NCBI RefSeq assembly: GCF_022539665.2 | Contig: NC_081332.1 | Coordinates: 6,882,001 to 6,946,000, forward strand | Source: Daphnia carinata | Lineage: Eukaryota | DNA: 64,000 bases | Reading direction: 5' to 3' | Shown: positions 53,401 to 64,000 of the stretch, piece after piece | Layout of the letters: the number at the start of each line of letters is the position of its first letter | Numbering within the stretch: position 1 is the first letter of the stretch | Position numbers and translations under genes: made by a program | The notes under the pieces: model-generated | Database searches by the model: none | What the model saw: the letters and a program-made list of their open reading frames with translations, nothing else | Told to the model about the DNA's origin: nothing

Positions 53401-55030
53401 ACAATCCTGTAAGCGGGCAACGAAAACCAGCATAGGCAATTGCCTAGTCACGGATCAAGTACTACGAAATACGAAATATAATTGCTGAAGTGGCAGCTTT
53501 ATTAAACGCCCGTCCGTTAACTCATCTGAGTATGGATCCAGAAGACCCGGATCCATTAACGCCAAATCACTTTCTAACAGTGGAGCTCGGCCGTAATTGC
53601 CCCTACAATTGGCCGACGTGGAAGACATGAACGTAACCAACAAGCAGTTTTTGCAAAGTCAAGCCATCCTCCAACATTTTTGGAATAGATGGCTACGTGA
53701 ATACGTTCCACACCTAACAAAAAGGAGAAAATGGCAAGAAAACAGACCTAACGTTACCGTGGGAGATTTAGTGCTTGCAGTTGAACCAAATATTTTACGT
53801 GGTCAGTGGCCGATGGGCAAAGTGTTGGAAGTTATTCCCAGTGCAACGGATAATGTTGTTTGAGTTGTAAAAGTGAAGCTTACCAATCATCCAAAACCAT
53901 GTATTCGGCCGGTGGCCAAATTGTGTATCATGGTTGCGGCAAAAGAACAACAAGTTTACGCAAAAGAAGAAAAAAAGGAATCTTCTACAGCGTAAATGTT
54001 CAACCTCAATATTGTAAAAATGTAAATAGTGTTTGTAATGGAGCTACGATCAGTAGCTCCCCTGGTAAAAGTAAAATTGTAATGTAAAGACACAAATGTA
54101 TACAACGTAGGAGAATCGCAACTCAACTCTGGTGGAGAAGTCACCAAGCTTAGCGCCACCTATATTCAAGTTCAAATATAGGGCAAATGGCAAAAGTCAA
54201 GTCGCTTACTGTTTAGTAACACAGAAAATTTGGAAACTGTTTAGCCTTACCTGCTAGCAGACAGCATTCAGTCGACCTAACTTCGTCTAAGTGAAACCTG
54301 TGAACTCCTACGTGAAACGTGTAACATGGCCGAGAATCCATTGCCATCCGCGGCATCAGTAAAAGAAAAACTCAAAGTAAGCCGGGAGAGAAAGGAGGAG
54401 TGTGCGGTCAACCTTAAAGACACAGTGGACAACTTATTACGTGCAAAAAAGGAACTAGTGGACAAAGTGTATTCTTGCCAGCGGGCCATCTTAGAGATCG
54501 ACAAAGAAATCGCCAAGTACTCCGAGGATCTAGACAATGTACGCGTCCACTTCCGAACTGAGCGAGAGATCTCGATGAGCAAATTCATCGGATCTCTTTT
54601 ACGCAAAGTTCGGGAGTTGGAACCCGACGCTCCGCCAGCCACGCCGGTCGCCACTCCAACACGTCCTACGTTCGTGGTCCCTCTCCACACGCCGATCATC
54701 CTGTGCTTTTTAAAGTCCCACGTGTTGGGACCGACCCCCTGCTGGAATAAGACCACGGAGTGTGAGGAGTTCATGCTCCTCACAAACGAGGATAAATTGG
54801 AGCTCCTTTTTGCCCAGCGACGGTGTTTTGGTTGCTTTGTCGCAACCGCCGTCGCGGGGCACACGAAGACCGCAGACTGTCCCCATCCCCGACGTTGCAC
54901 GTTGTGTAACACACAAGATCATCATCAGATCTTGTGTGCGCCAAAAAGGGCGTACAACAACCTGCCCGCGCACTAGGGATGACCCATCATTTCATCCAGT
55001 CCTCAAGTACACAGCTGCGGGGAGAAGACT
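47414..55030 (+). mobile_element. BEL/Pao LTR retrotransposon, near full-length internal region, decayed; 3' LTR not found
   Basis: Candidate 5' LTR 47414-47765 (TGT...AACA, AATAAA at ~47658), then TGG-starting PBS-like sequence at 47768. Gag (FDGNPKNYARF; CFVCNGRSHHLSTC...HTLLH), protease FLDTGSNTT, RT (WYLPLHGV, KVRVVFDGA, NFYVENY), Pao RNase H (LHVFTDAS...ISRLELQAA, NPADLCSRG), integrase (GIDYFGP, SDNGTNF, PHFGGVWER). Purine tract GCGGGGAGAA at ~55020. Confidence 0.9.
54326..54976 (+). CDS. Extra 216-aa ORF downstream of BEL pol: coiled coil plus BEL-Gag-like Cys/His zinc-binding cluster
   Basis: ATG-initiated uninterrupted ORF. C-terminus CEEFMLL...RRCFGCF...GHTKTADCPHPRRCTLCNTQDHHQILC parallels the element's own Gag C-terminus (CTVFMSL...RCL.CL.GKHERKEC...CTIADC...HTLLH). 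Confidence 0.65.
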   Translation: MAENPLPSAASVKEKLKVSRERKEECAVNLKDTVDNLLRAKKELVDKVYSCQRAILEIDKEIAKYSEDLDNVRVHFRTEREISMSKFIGSLLRKVRELEPDAPPATPVATPTRPTFVVPLHTPIILCFLKSHVLGPTPCWNKTTECEEFMLLTNEDKLELLFAQRRCFGCFVATAVAGHTKTADCPHPRRCTLCNTQDHHQILCAPKRAYNNLPAH

Positions 55031-55094
55031 CCACATTCACTTTGTTTCCTCTTTTTCGTGTGTTCTACGTTTCGTAAAGTTGCCTCTTTGTTAA

Positions 55095-55705
55095 TTTTGT
55101 TCTTTGCACCTGTGGTAACGGTGGGTCCCGCTGTCACCTACGGTACAATCCACTTTTGTAAAAAAATTCTTTAGCGATGGCGACATACCAGTATTGATTT
55201 CGTGTTCGGCCGCCTTACACATTCCAAGTTCACTGCTCTTAAAGGCGAAACGGTGATTGAATTATTTTTAGACGTCTATGACAGATTTAAACTCCATTCC
55301 TTGGCAAACAAAGTCTTCAGTGCTAAGGTTGGCTGGCTTGATGACAAGGACGGTGGATTCTTCATCTTCTTCATCTGTCGACACTATTCCAGTATCACTG
55401 GCTAATCTCTTTCTTCATTTCACGTAGCATTCTTCTCGTCTCTTTTGCCTGGTCTTCTATCATCTCGCTTAGGAATGTCTTTTAAATCCTTGCTTTAGTA
55501 CTGTTTTCATTCCCCATCGGATTCAGAGATTCCGCTTCCGAACTTGAAACGGAATGCACTATCACTTGAGCCGCTTGAACCTTCTTCTTGACGCTGTCCT
55601 TTGTAAGTTCCCCAGGTCTTGTTACTGCTTCACCATTTTTACTGCGTACCTTCCGTTCTCTGATGGGTAAACCTTCTATTCCCTTAACCCGCTTACTCTG
55701 CCAGG
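55095..55705 (-). mobile_element. Probable upstream remnant of the gypsy element at 44790-47413
   Basis: Minus strand reads FAFKSSELGMCKAAEHEINTG, typical of the gypsy PR-RT linker. Same orientation as the 44.8-47.4 kb fragment. Confidence 0.55.
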
Positions 55706-55795
55706 CTCACCAGGCTTCATCTATCCCTTACAATTTATATTGTGTATTATATTTATACAATTTACAACATCTACGGACCTCACGGTAGGTCCTTA

Positions 55796-57584
55796 TGTTT
55801 ACGGCTAAGTTCCATGACCCTTCTACGACTCCCTTCCAATACCTACCGCTAGATGTTCTAACATACCCCATGACGGGACAGACGAGGTAAATGTGAGGGG
55901 GGCAGTTCCCTTGGTGACTTGATAGAGTAAGCTCGCTGCGTTTGAGAGTCTGGGAGGGTAGCCCTCCGTTTTCGAGTGACGGGCCACCGCAGAACCCGTC
56001 GTCAACTTTATGAAAGACAACATCATCAATCGCCATGGGTTTCCGACACGCATGATAAGCGACCAAGGAGCGGATTTCACTAGCGGGGAAATGGATTCAG
56101 CGATGCAAGCGTGGAGGATTAGCCACGTTTTTTCCACTGCCGAACACCCCCAGACGAACGGACTTGTTGAAAGGGTAAAGCGGACTCTTGCGCTCATTCT
56201 AGCCGCAGGGGTAGACCCAATTCATGCCAATTGGGATAACCTGCTTGGAGATGCAGTCTATGCAATCAACTCGGCCAAACAGAGCACGACAGAAGAATCG
56301 CCGTTTGAGTTGCTTTACGGCCGACTACCAACCCATACGGGTGAAAATGCGTATGAATGGCCAGACGATAGGCAGGAGACACATCGCGCCTTCACACGCA
56401 GAGTGGCCGCCCTGAGGAAAGCAGCGAGAGAGAGAATGAAAAACAAGCAAGAGCGAAGTAAACAGTTGACAGATGCCCGTCGCCAAGCTGCAGTTCAGCT
56501 CAATGTTGGCGATCTGGTGCTAGTCCGACGGCATATATTAAGAAGAAGGGTCTAACAAGGAAGTTCTTGGCGAAGTTCACGGGCCCCTTTCAAGTTGTGA
56601 AACAACTTACCTAGTAGAGGATCTGCCGGCTCGTGGGAGAAAGAGGCGTTTCCGACGCTTTAACGCCCATGTGTGTCAAATACGACAGTTCCGAGCAAGA
56701 AGGGATGACGACTGGGAGGAGGCAGTTGAACGCGAGCCGGAAATACTTGACGAAGATTTGACGCCGGTAGAGCACGATCTTGTAACAAACCCCTCGCTAG
56801 AGGAAGAAGGCAGGATACCACCGCAAGTCATTTCACACAGGGGGAGGAATATCAGACCACCTCAATGGCACGCAGATTTCGTACGCTTCTAGCAAGGCGT
56901 AAGTGTACCGGTCCTCGGGTTGAAGATCCGCTATCGTGGTTGCGCAGGTTGTTTCTATACCATTATGCTATTATTGTTCTTTTTTAAGTGTTTACCATTG
57001 TAAGTGTTGACCTAGTACTCAGGGCTTTGTGTCAGCTGGGATCTGTTATTAGTATTTTTTTTTATTTTTCTTATTATTATTTTTTTTTTGTTTGTTTTGT
57101 TTTTTTGTGTTGTTGTTGTTTTCGTCAACCGTGAGCCAAGAACCGTCCCATGCCCATGGGTATAGCCACCATCTCCCATACTGGTTCCAAATTTTCCTAA
57201 TATTTATTTCAGTTAGGCAAGAGGGAAGGGAAAATATTAAAAAAAAAATCGTATGTCAGGAAAGGCCGAATGTTACGGCTAAGTTCCATGACCCTTCTAC
57301 GACTCCCTTACAATACCGACGGCTAGATGTCCTAACATACCCCATGCTGGGAAAGACGAGGGAAATGTGAGGGGGGCAGTTCCCTTGGTGACTTGATAGA
57401 GTAAGGACAGGCTCGCTGCGTTTGAGAGTCTGGAAGGGTAGCCCACCGTTTTCGAGTGACTCCGTGTGTTAAGGGTTCCCTGCATGTGTCATGTGTCTTG
57501 CTGCCCCGTAATACAAGTAAGTTATAGTAGAATTCTGTCTTTGTTGTTCTCTTTTTCTTGTATCGAGAGCCTCAAGAGCTAACA
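55796..57584 (+). mobile_element. Internally deleted Ty3/gypsy LTR retrotransposon
   Basis: Truncated 5' LTR 55796-55980 matches the first part of the 3' LTR 57271-57584 (TGT...AACA). CTTA target duplication on both sides. Integrase core ISDQGADF...HPQTNGLVERVKRT and a KFTGPF motif. PPT-like TCAGGAAAGGCCGAA before the 3' LTR. Confidence 0.9.
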
Positions 57585-58842
57585 CTTAATTTCATCAAGA
57601 AAAAAGCAATAGACCACTATTCGTGAATATCAGAAACAGGCAAGAAACTTGGCCACACCTGTGGTCCTATACCCAAGCAATTTAAGGTAGTTATACCCGC
57701 TGGTCAGTCCATGTCCAAGGATCTCCCCAAGAAAAACAAATTTTAATATTTTTAGCGATTTTACTTTAGGTTTTTATATAAACTCTTTAATCTCATAAAA
57801 GCGGATTTGAATTTTAAATTTAATCTGTTTTACACTTTTTTTAGTATTTATATTTTAAGTTGATGTAAAAGCATAGAAGATTTTGCCATCAGTACCTGCC
57901 TCCTAGTCTCTTCCTTAACGCTAGATTCACATACAAATTGGTCTTACCTTGCCTTGCCATAAAGGACTACCCTGCATCTCACCATGTAACGAGATCGTCG
58001 GTACGGCCGTTTATTTGAAATTTAAAGGATACAGTCTACAGAATGAAAACGTGTTTTAACTAGGGTCTAGAGTTGAGTAGGAACAAAGGGACTTTTGTAA
58101 GATAAAATCTAACATGCTTAAGCAACTTAGCTGTACTTCACTTCACTTGTTCACTTGACTTCGGCCGCAGTGGTTGCATAGTGTCCGATGTTTTGCGACC
58201 TTAAAAAGTTGAAATGTCCTATGAATATCCTCGTCCATGTGAAGTTCAGCTCTACCCTACTGTTATGAGTATGTGGGCGTCTGGGAGTGCGTGAACTTGA
58301 ATTGGCGGGTACCTTCACGATTTGTCAATGGAAGATTACGGCCTCTGGCAAATTACGATTGGTGGCGACTCAAGAGGCCACAAAAAATCATGTATAAAAC
58401 TAATCTTAAGTTAAAATTTCATTTTCAGAATCATCTATGTCCGATGATTAGTATATTTTTAAGAGCTTAAAGAAAACCCGGTTTTTCCATAAGCCGCTCT
58501 CGGCTGTCCGGAAACTTTCGACAGGTACTGTAGGTTCACCATTTTTTTATCAAGAGGCGAACAAGCTATTTTCAGTAATTAATATAACTTTCAATCTACG
58601 TTACAACGTAAGGTAGCGTTACCGCAATTTGCTTATCTGTAGATCATGTATGGGCTTCGATCCTCAATGACAAGACTGCTGTCACCTATGGTGCTGCCCT
58701 CATGGCAAGTACTGTAGTAGGCAAGGGACTGCCTGTGTCTATCGCGATTTTATATTGTGTGAACAACTTCATTCCTACAATCATCTACGTTAGATGATTA
58801 CCGTATTTTTGAGATTTTTATAACAACGAGGTTGGGTATGCC

Positions 58843-59269
58843 CAGACTTGCCGTCCGATTATTTCTTGAGCGATTATCGGTAGCCGTCGATAATCGCAAA
58901 AAAAATGATCGGCGATCATTCGTCTGTTGAAAAAATTTGATCGGCGATTAAATTTTCTTAGCGATTGTTTTTCCGATTATTTTTGAGCGCCATCTAGCAG
59001 TAAGAAAATAGCTTGCCACTGTTTAAATTGAAAAAAATTGAAAAAGAAAACATTTCAAAAAAAGCGTCTGCTACAAAAATGACAAAGCTATGAGTAGACT
59101 TTCATATAGTCTCATCTACCGTTCATAGATGTCGCTAAATAATCGAAAAATAATCGCGATTAAAAATTAATTTTTTCCACTTTAATCGCCGATTGCGATT
59201 ATTTTAAAATAATTTGATCGCCGATTAAAATTTTAATCGAAATCGCAATCGCCGATTACGGCAGCTCTG
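58843..59269. mobile_element. hAT-type MITE
   Basis: TIRs CAGACTTGCCGT / ACGGCAGCTCTG. 8-bp target duplication GGTATGCC / CGTATGCC (1 mismatch). Many internal CGATT/AATCG motifs. Confidence 0.8.
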
Positions 59270-59280
59270 CGTATGCCATG

Positions 59281-60760
59281 TACCAACCAAATCTCGTAAA
59301 TTCCTACAGGATAATAAGTTACAGTTTAGCAACATGGATTCCTTGGATGAAAATAAATTGTCCTTGTTAGTGTTGTTTGCGTGTAATTGAAAACCAACAA
59401 GAGCTTAGAATTTTCGGTTCCTCGATGGATTTTGCGATTGTTGAATTAACTTCATAAAGTAGCCGAACTAGCGAGTAACGTTTTTCACTTTTATTCTAGA
59501 TTGTAATCAGTCAGAACACGACCAAGAGCAGACACTTGAGCTTACACTCTTTTACACACTGCCATCTTAACTGTAAGGGGAAAAGGGCAGAGAGCAACAT
59601 TGCCGGATTAAATCAGAAGAGAAAAGTACATTCGGTTTGACACAATACAAAAAACAACAGCGATTGCCCTTTTTCCTAGTTTCCCGGAAAAAAAATTAAT
59701 ATCTTATTAAAAGTTCATTAAAAGTGTAGGGATATTTGGTTAGTTCATTGTTATTTTCTAATGTTTAATATAAACTTTTGAAAATAAAGTGCATAACTGA
59801 CAATTGCCGTTTAACCCATTCATTATTTAAAGATCTCTGTGTCCCGATTAACTCAGTTCTTAAAGCATGAAACTCTTCACTACTGGATAATGGATTCGAC
59901 CAAAGAAAAAGAGGTACGAAACCTAATGTTGAAAGTGCGCCAAAATGCTTCCATTGTCCTTGAATTGTCCTCATATCCTTTCGTTTTCCCAGCCAGTCAG
60001 TTCCTTTCCCTTAATTGTTATTGATTCAGTTTTCAGTGCTCGGTTAACAGTTATCCCTTTCCTCTTGCTTTAATTTGTCTTCTGTTTTATTCACCTTAGC
60101 AGATTATCGTCTCTTTTCGTTCATTGTTTCTCTTTACTTGTTTACTCGCGAGTCCCATTTATATTCTCAGTGTATTTGTCAAGCCGTGTTGTTTCCTTAT
60201 CCGTTCCGATTTGCACCGTCTCGTATATCCCCTTGTCCATGGTGTAACGCGGTAAGCCCGATTTGACTTGCTGATTGAACTGATTTTTCCAGTTTTCCTA
60301 TTTTCTACGATATTTACATATTTGTTATCTTATTATTCTTCTGTTCAATTAGTAGGAAAATATATTCGGCGCTGTGTGTAAACGCCTCTGAGTTCTATTT
60401 ATTATTATTTATCTTACTTCCGTTAAGTCAGTCACCCTATAGTGGGAATGATTTGTATTACCAACCCAACAGCGTAAATTCAGGCAGATTGATAAGTTAC
60501 AGTTTAGAAACTTGGATTCTTTGGATGAACGTAAAATTTCCTTTTTAGTGTTGTTTTCGTGTAATGTAAAACCAACAAGAGCTTAGAATTTTTGGTCCCT
60601 AGATGGATCCGGCCATTGCCTTTTATACTAGTTTCCCGGGAAAAAATTTTTATCTCTTATTACAAATTCATTAAAACTGTAAGGATATGTGATTAGTTCA
60701 TAGTTATTTCCTAATGACTAATCTAAAATTTCGAAAGGAAATACATGACTGACAATCGCC
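59281..60760 (+). repeat. Two diverged direct copies of a ~300-bp sequence (59281-59810 and 60459-60760)
   Basis: Shared blocks ATAAGTTACAGTTTAG, AAAACCAACAAGAGCTTAGAATTTT, CTAGTTTCCCGG, TTCATTAAAA and ACTGACAAT occur in the same order in both copies. Confidence 0.85.
59439..59659. mobile_element. Solo LTR (copia-like, 221 bp)
   Basis: TGTTG...CAACA termini with a perfect 5-bp TSD GCGAT. Absent from the paralogous sequence at ~60610, which shows the empty site. Confidence 0.85.
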
Positions 60761-61688
60761 ATTCTGTTCATTCCTTATTCAACGTTTTTGAATTTTCATC
60801 AGTGATTACTACGGGATGATTCAACACGATCGGCCGGTTGGAATTGGCAATACCAATTCCCCACGAAATGCACTAGATAAAAGACGTATTTGATCGTTGA
60901 ATCCAAATTAATTGCCATTTGCTTATTTCCTAACCCCATTTCTGGTTTTCAATAAACCTCTTCTATTTCGTCCCAGGTTCATAACCGCGCTGGCAGAGCA
61001 AGTCAACATTCTCAACAAACTTAATCAGGCAGGGAGACCAACTGCGCCGCGATCCAGTAATCAACTGAATCATTCGTCATCTTCAGCGGATCACTCCCAA
61101 AATCGCCATATCCAAGCCAAACTTCCCTCTTTTTATGCCATTGGGAGTCGAATCGCTCTTTTTTGCTCGTAAATGGTCTATGTTTACAAAAAACCCTTGG
61201 GTCTTGCCAACAGAAAGTAACGGCGGACGGGGGTGATATACAAACTTATGTAGAACGTCGTTGTTTGAAAGGTGAGAGCGACGGTTCGCGCCGGTATGTT
61301 TGTAGCACTTCATTGTCCGATAGCTAGGTGTGAGCAAAAGACACGTCTACCTGCTACAGAGGTTTGTAGGGAGCTCCTTTATTATATTGCCTTATCCCTA
61401 TTATTAGGTTTTTCGTCTGAACCAAAGAAACCCGTCTGTTTTTATTTTTTGTCACACGTTTTTTCCATGTCCATAACATGCCAATTCCCAAACCTCTTTT
61501 TAAACAGTCATGTAATGTAATAAGGAATAAAAATTGAAATAAATGGGAATTTTAAATAAAAAAAATTTGATTCTAGTTGGGAAAAAGATAAATAACTGGA
61601 ACAGAAATGTGAAAATGTAATAGTATGTCTCAGATTCTGCAGCTCGTTGCGTTGAAACAGTTAAAAGTTACCGGAATTTGTTAAATCA

Positions 61689-64000
61689 TGTAGTGTTCTG
61701 GGCTGTCGACAGGTGGCAAGTCGAGATGGAGAAGAGAGACCGGTGTGTATCGGGCGGGCAGTGAGGGACGAGGCTAGAGACAGTGTGGTTGTCTCAGTTA
61801 GCTGTGCAATACACAGAAGTTTATCCAGCAACATCGTGGTACGTTTAATTACAAAACCTTTCGGACTATTACACTGGCGACGAAGACGAGTCTAAGTAAC
61901 CTTTCACGTGAGCAATAAAATGCAAGCGGCTGCATTGCCCTCTTACGAGGCATTCTCCATCAGCCTGGACAAAACCACGCTAAGCGCACGCTGGGTTGAA
62001 TGGATTGAAGGTTTCACTGACCTACTGAATATCCTGGGCTACACTGACGATGGAAAAAAAGTATCAGCTCTCAACTACTACGGTGGAGGTGAGCTAAAGA
62101 AACTGGTCAAAACTCTCAAGGTAAATCCTCAACCTGCGGTAGCCGCTGACCCTGCTCAGAACCAAGCCGCAGTCGCTGCAGAGTCGCTGTTTGATGCAAC
62201 GGTTCGGACGATCTCGGCTCATTTTTGCCCAAATGACCACCAGATCTACAACACGTATGTGTTTCGTCAAGCGAAACAGGCAACCGACGAGTCATTAGAT
62301 GGATTCCACATGCGGTTGACTACGCTCGCGTTGGGCTGTGGCTTCACAGATGTTGATCGGGAAATCCTGATTCAGATCATTACGGGCTGCTCAGACCGTA
62401 AGATACGAGAAATTGGTCTTTCTAAACCAGGCCTGTCTCTGTCTGACCTCCTTCATCGTGGCCGCACGTTAGAGCTAACCAAGGTTCAAGCCACCAATAT
62501 AGAGGACCGCTCAACGGAGGCAGTTATAGACGGGCCCAATGAGTCGAAAGTCTACAAGGTTGGTCAACGTGGCACTGGGACATCGAAGCGTGGTGAGCAG
62601 TTCGGGCGGAAAAACGCAGGTCCACGGAATGTTTGTCAGTATTGTGCAAAAGATGACCATGAAAAACTATCTGATTGTCCGGCGAGAGGCAAAGAGTGCT
62701 CGTACTGCGGAAAGCCCAATCATTTTGCTGCGGCATGCTACACTAAACAAAAAGAGAAGAAGGGTCATTCTCGCAGAAACAAAAGTAGTGGCTCAAACGG
62801 TGGTCTGAAAAAAGACGTGCGTCAAGTAACTTTCAGTGCGACAGAAACAGACTCTGGGTCAGACAGCTCGGTCAGTCGGTTAGTCTTCAAAACAGCTGGT
62901 GGCAAGGACTTATTTCCGTCCGTCTCCCTAATACTCTGCAGCCGCAAGATAAATTTCATCGTGGACACGGCTGCCGGACTAACTATCGTCAATTACCGAA
63001 TGTACAAACAACTTGGTTCCCCTGCCCTTACCACTGTTAACAGACGTGTGTTTGGGTATGACTCTGTGTGTCCCATCACCCTGCTTGGGAAGTTTAAGTG
63101 TGAAATGCGTGTTGCAAAAAGCTCCCGGTCGTGCTCAGTTGTGATACATGTTGTCCGCTCAACAACGGAACCATGCATTCTGGGATATGAAGCTGCAATG
63201 AAGCTTGGTTGCTTCAAGATGGCTGCATTTGTTGAAAACTCAACAGTTTTCAAAATAGGAAGCCCGTCGCTGTCAATTGGGAAGTACAAAGACGTGCAGG
63301 TGAAGCTACACATTGACCCGTCAGTCAAACCCATAGCACAGCCCCATAGAAGAATACCGTATCACCTACATGGCGCAGTAGAGGCGGAAGTTACACGCCT
63401 GTTAGAGAATGACGTCATTGAAAAAGCGGTGGGCCCAACGCCGTGGATCTCACCCATCCATATGACTCCGAAGAGGGATGAATGGAGGATGGTGGTTGAC
63501 ATGCGTTTAGCCAACAAGGCTATCCAGAGAGAACGCCATGTCATGCCGACCATAAGTGACATCATCTCAGATGTTGCAGGCTCCTGTTTCTTCTCAAATA
63601 TAGATCTAGTGTCGGCGTACAACCAAGTTGAGCTAGCTCCTGAGTCCCGACACATCACAACGTTTTCAACCCACATAGGGTTGTTCAGATACAAACGGCT
63701 TTTCTTTGGCGTCTCAGCTGCAGCGGAAGTTTTCCACAACCTCATCCGAGAAACACTTAAAGACATTCCAGGCGTTGTTAACCTCAGTGACGATGTTTTA
63801 ATCCATGGTCGGACAAAAGAAGAACATGACCGTAGATATGCTGCGGTACGTCGTGTCTTCCAAGACAAAGGTCTCACGATCAATGAGAAAAAGGGCAAAT
63901 TCTGCCAAACACGAGTTAAGTTTGCCGGTATCATCATCGGTGCTGATGGAGTAGAGATTGATCCGGCCAAGCGTCAAGCAGTGCTGGAAGCAGGCCGCCC
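61689..64000 (+). mobile_element. Ty3/gypsy (Mag-like) LTR retrotransposon, apparently intact, runs off the window end
   Basis: Short LTR 61689-61873 (TGTAGT...ATTACA), PBS TGGCGACGA at 61875, followed by a single long gag-pol frame. Confidence 0.9.
61920..64000 (+). CDS. Gag-Pol polyprotein (partial; no stop seen before the window end)
   Basis: ATG at 61920. Two zinc knuckles (CQYCAKDDH...C, CSYCGKPNHFAAAC), protease FIVDTAA and RT (PTPWISP, VDMRLANKAI, IDLVSAYNQ, YKRLFFG, NLSDDVLI) are all in one frame. Missing from the ORF track, consistent with having no stop codon in the window. Confidence 0.88.
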   Translation, partial: MQAAALPSYEAFSISLDKTTLSARWVEWIEGFTDLLNILGYTDDGKKVSALNYYGGGELKKLVKTLKVNPQPAVAADPAQNQAAVAAESLFDATVRTISAHFCPNDHQIYNTYVFRQAKQATDESLDGFHMRLTTLALGCGFTDVDREILIQIITGCSDRKIREIGLSKPGLSLSDLLHRGRTLELTKVQATNIEDRSTEAVIDGPNESKVYKVGQRGTGTSKRGEQFGRKNAGPRNVCQYCAKDDHEKLSDCPARGKECSYCGKPNHFAAACYTKQKEKKGHSRRNKSSGSNGGLKKDVRQVTFSATETDSGSDSSVSRLVFKTAGGKDLFPSVSLILCSRKINFIVDTAAGLTIVNYRMYKQLGSPALTTVNRRVFGYDSVCPITLLGKFKCEMRVAKSSRSCSVVIHVVRSTTEPCILGYEAAMKLGCFKMAAFVENSTVFKIGSPSLSIGKYKDVQVKLHIDPSVKPIAQPHRRIPYHLHGAVEAEVTRLLENDVIEKAVGPTPWISPIHMTPKRDEWRMVVDMRLANKAIQRERHVMPTISDIISDVAGSCFFSNIDLVSAYNQVELAPESRHITTFSTHIGLFRYKRLFFGVSAAAEVFHNLIRETLKDIPGVVNLSDDVLIHGRTKEEHDRRYAAVRRVFQDKGLTINEKKGKFCQTRVKFAGIIIGADGVEIDPAKRQAVLEAGR

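Noticed and set aside
62993..63970. Minus-strand ORFs of 113 and 202 aa
   Set aside because: They are antisense shadows of the plus-strand gag-pol frame.

Overview
Eukaryotic (arthropod, most consistent with a Daphnia-like crustacean: AT-rich, ~60-70 nt GT-AG introns, microsatellite-rich intergenic DNA; taxon is an inference). The first ~29 kb is gene-rich: a TA-flanked MITE, a cadherin with an internal Cys/Thr-rich mucin-like stalk, a 2xTSP1 trypsin-type serine protease, a synaptotagmin-like C2 protein and a secreted FG-GAP-repeat protein. From ~29.8 kb onward the window is a nested transposon cluster (BEL/Pao, Ty1/copia, several Ty3/gypsy elements, a hAT-type MITE, a solo LTR). Two things stand out. 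(1) A Ty1/copia element with an LTR, PBS and PPT whose gag-pol frame is interrupted by three canonical-looking spliceosomal introns. (2) A 6.4-kb non-coding TIR DNA transposon carrying 12 tandem ~357-bp units, each with a tRNA-derived Pol III-like cassette and a highly conserved copy of the element's own terminal motif. All exon and intron calls were made by eye from splice signals and reading-frame continuity, without alignment tools.
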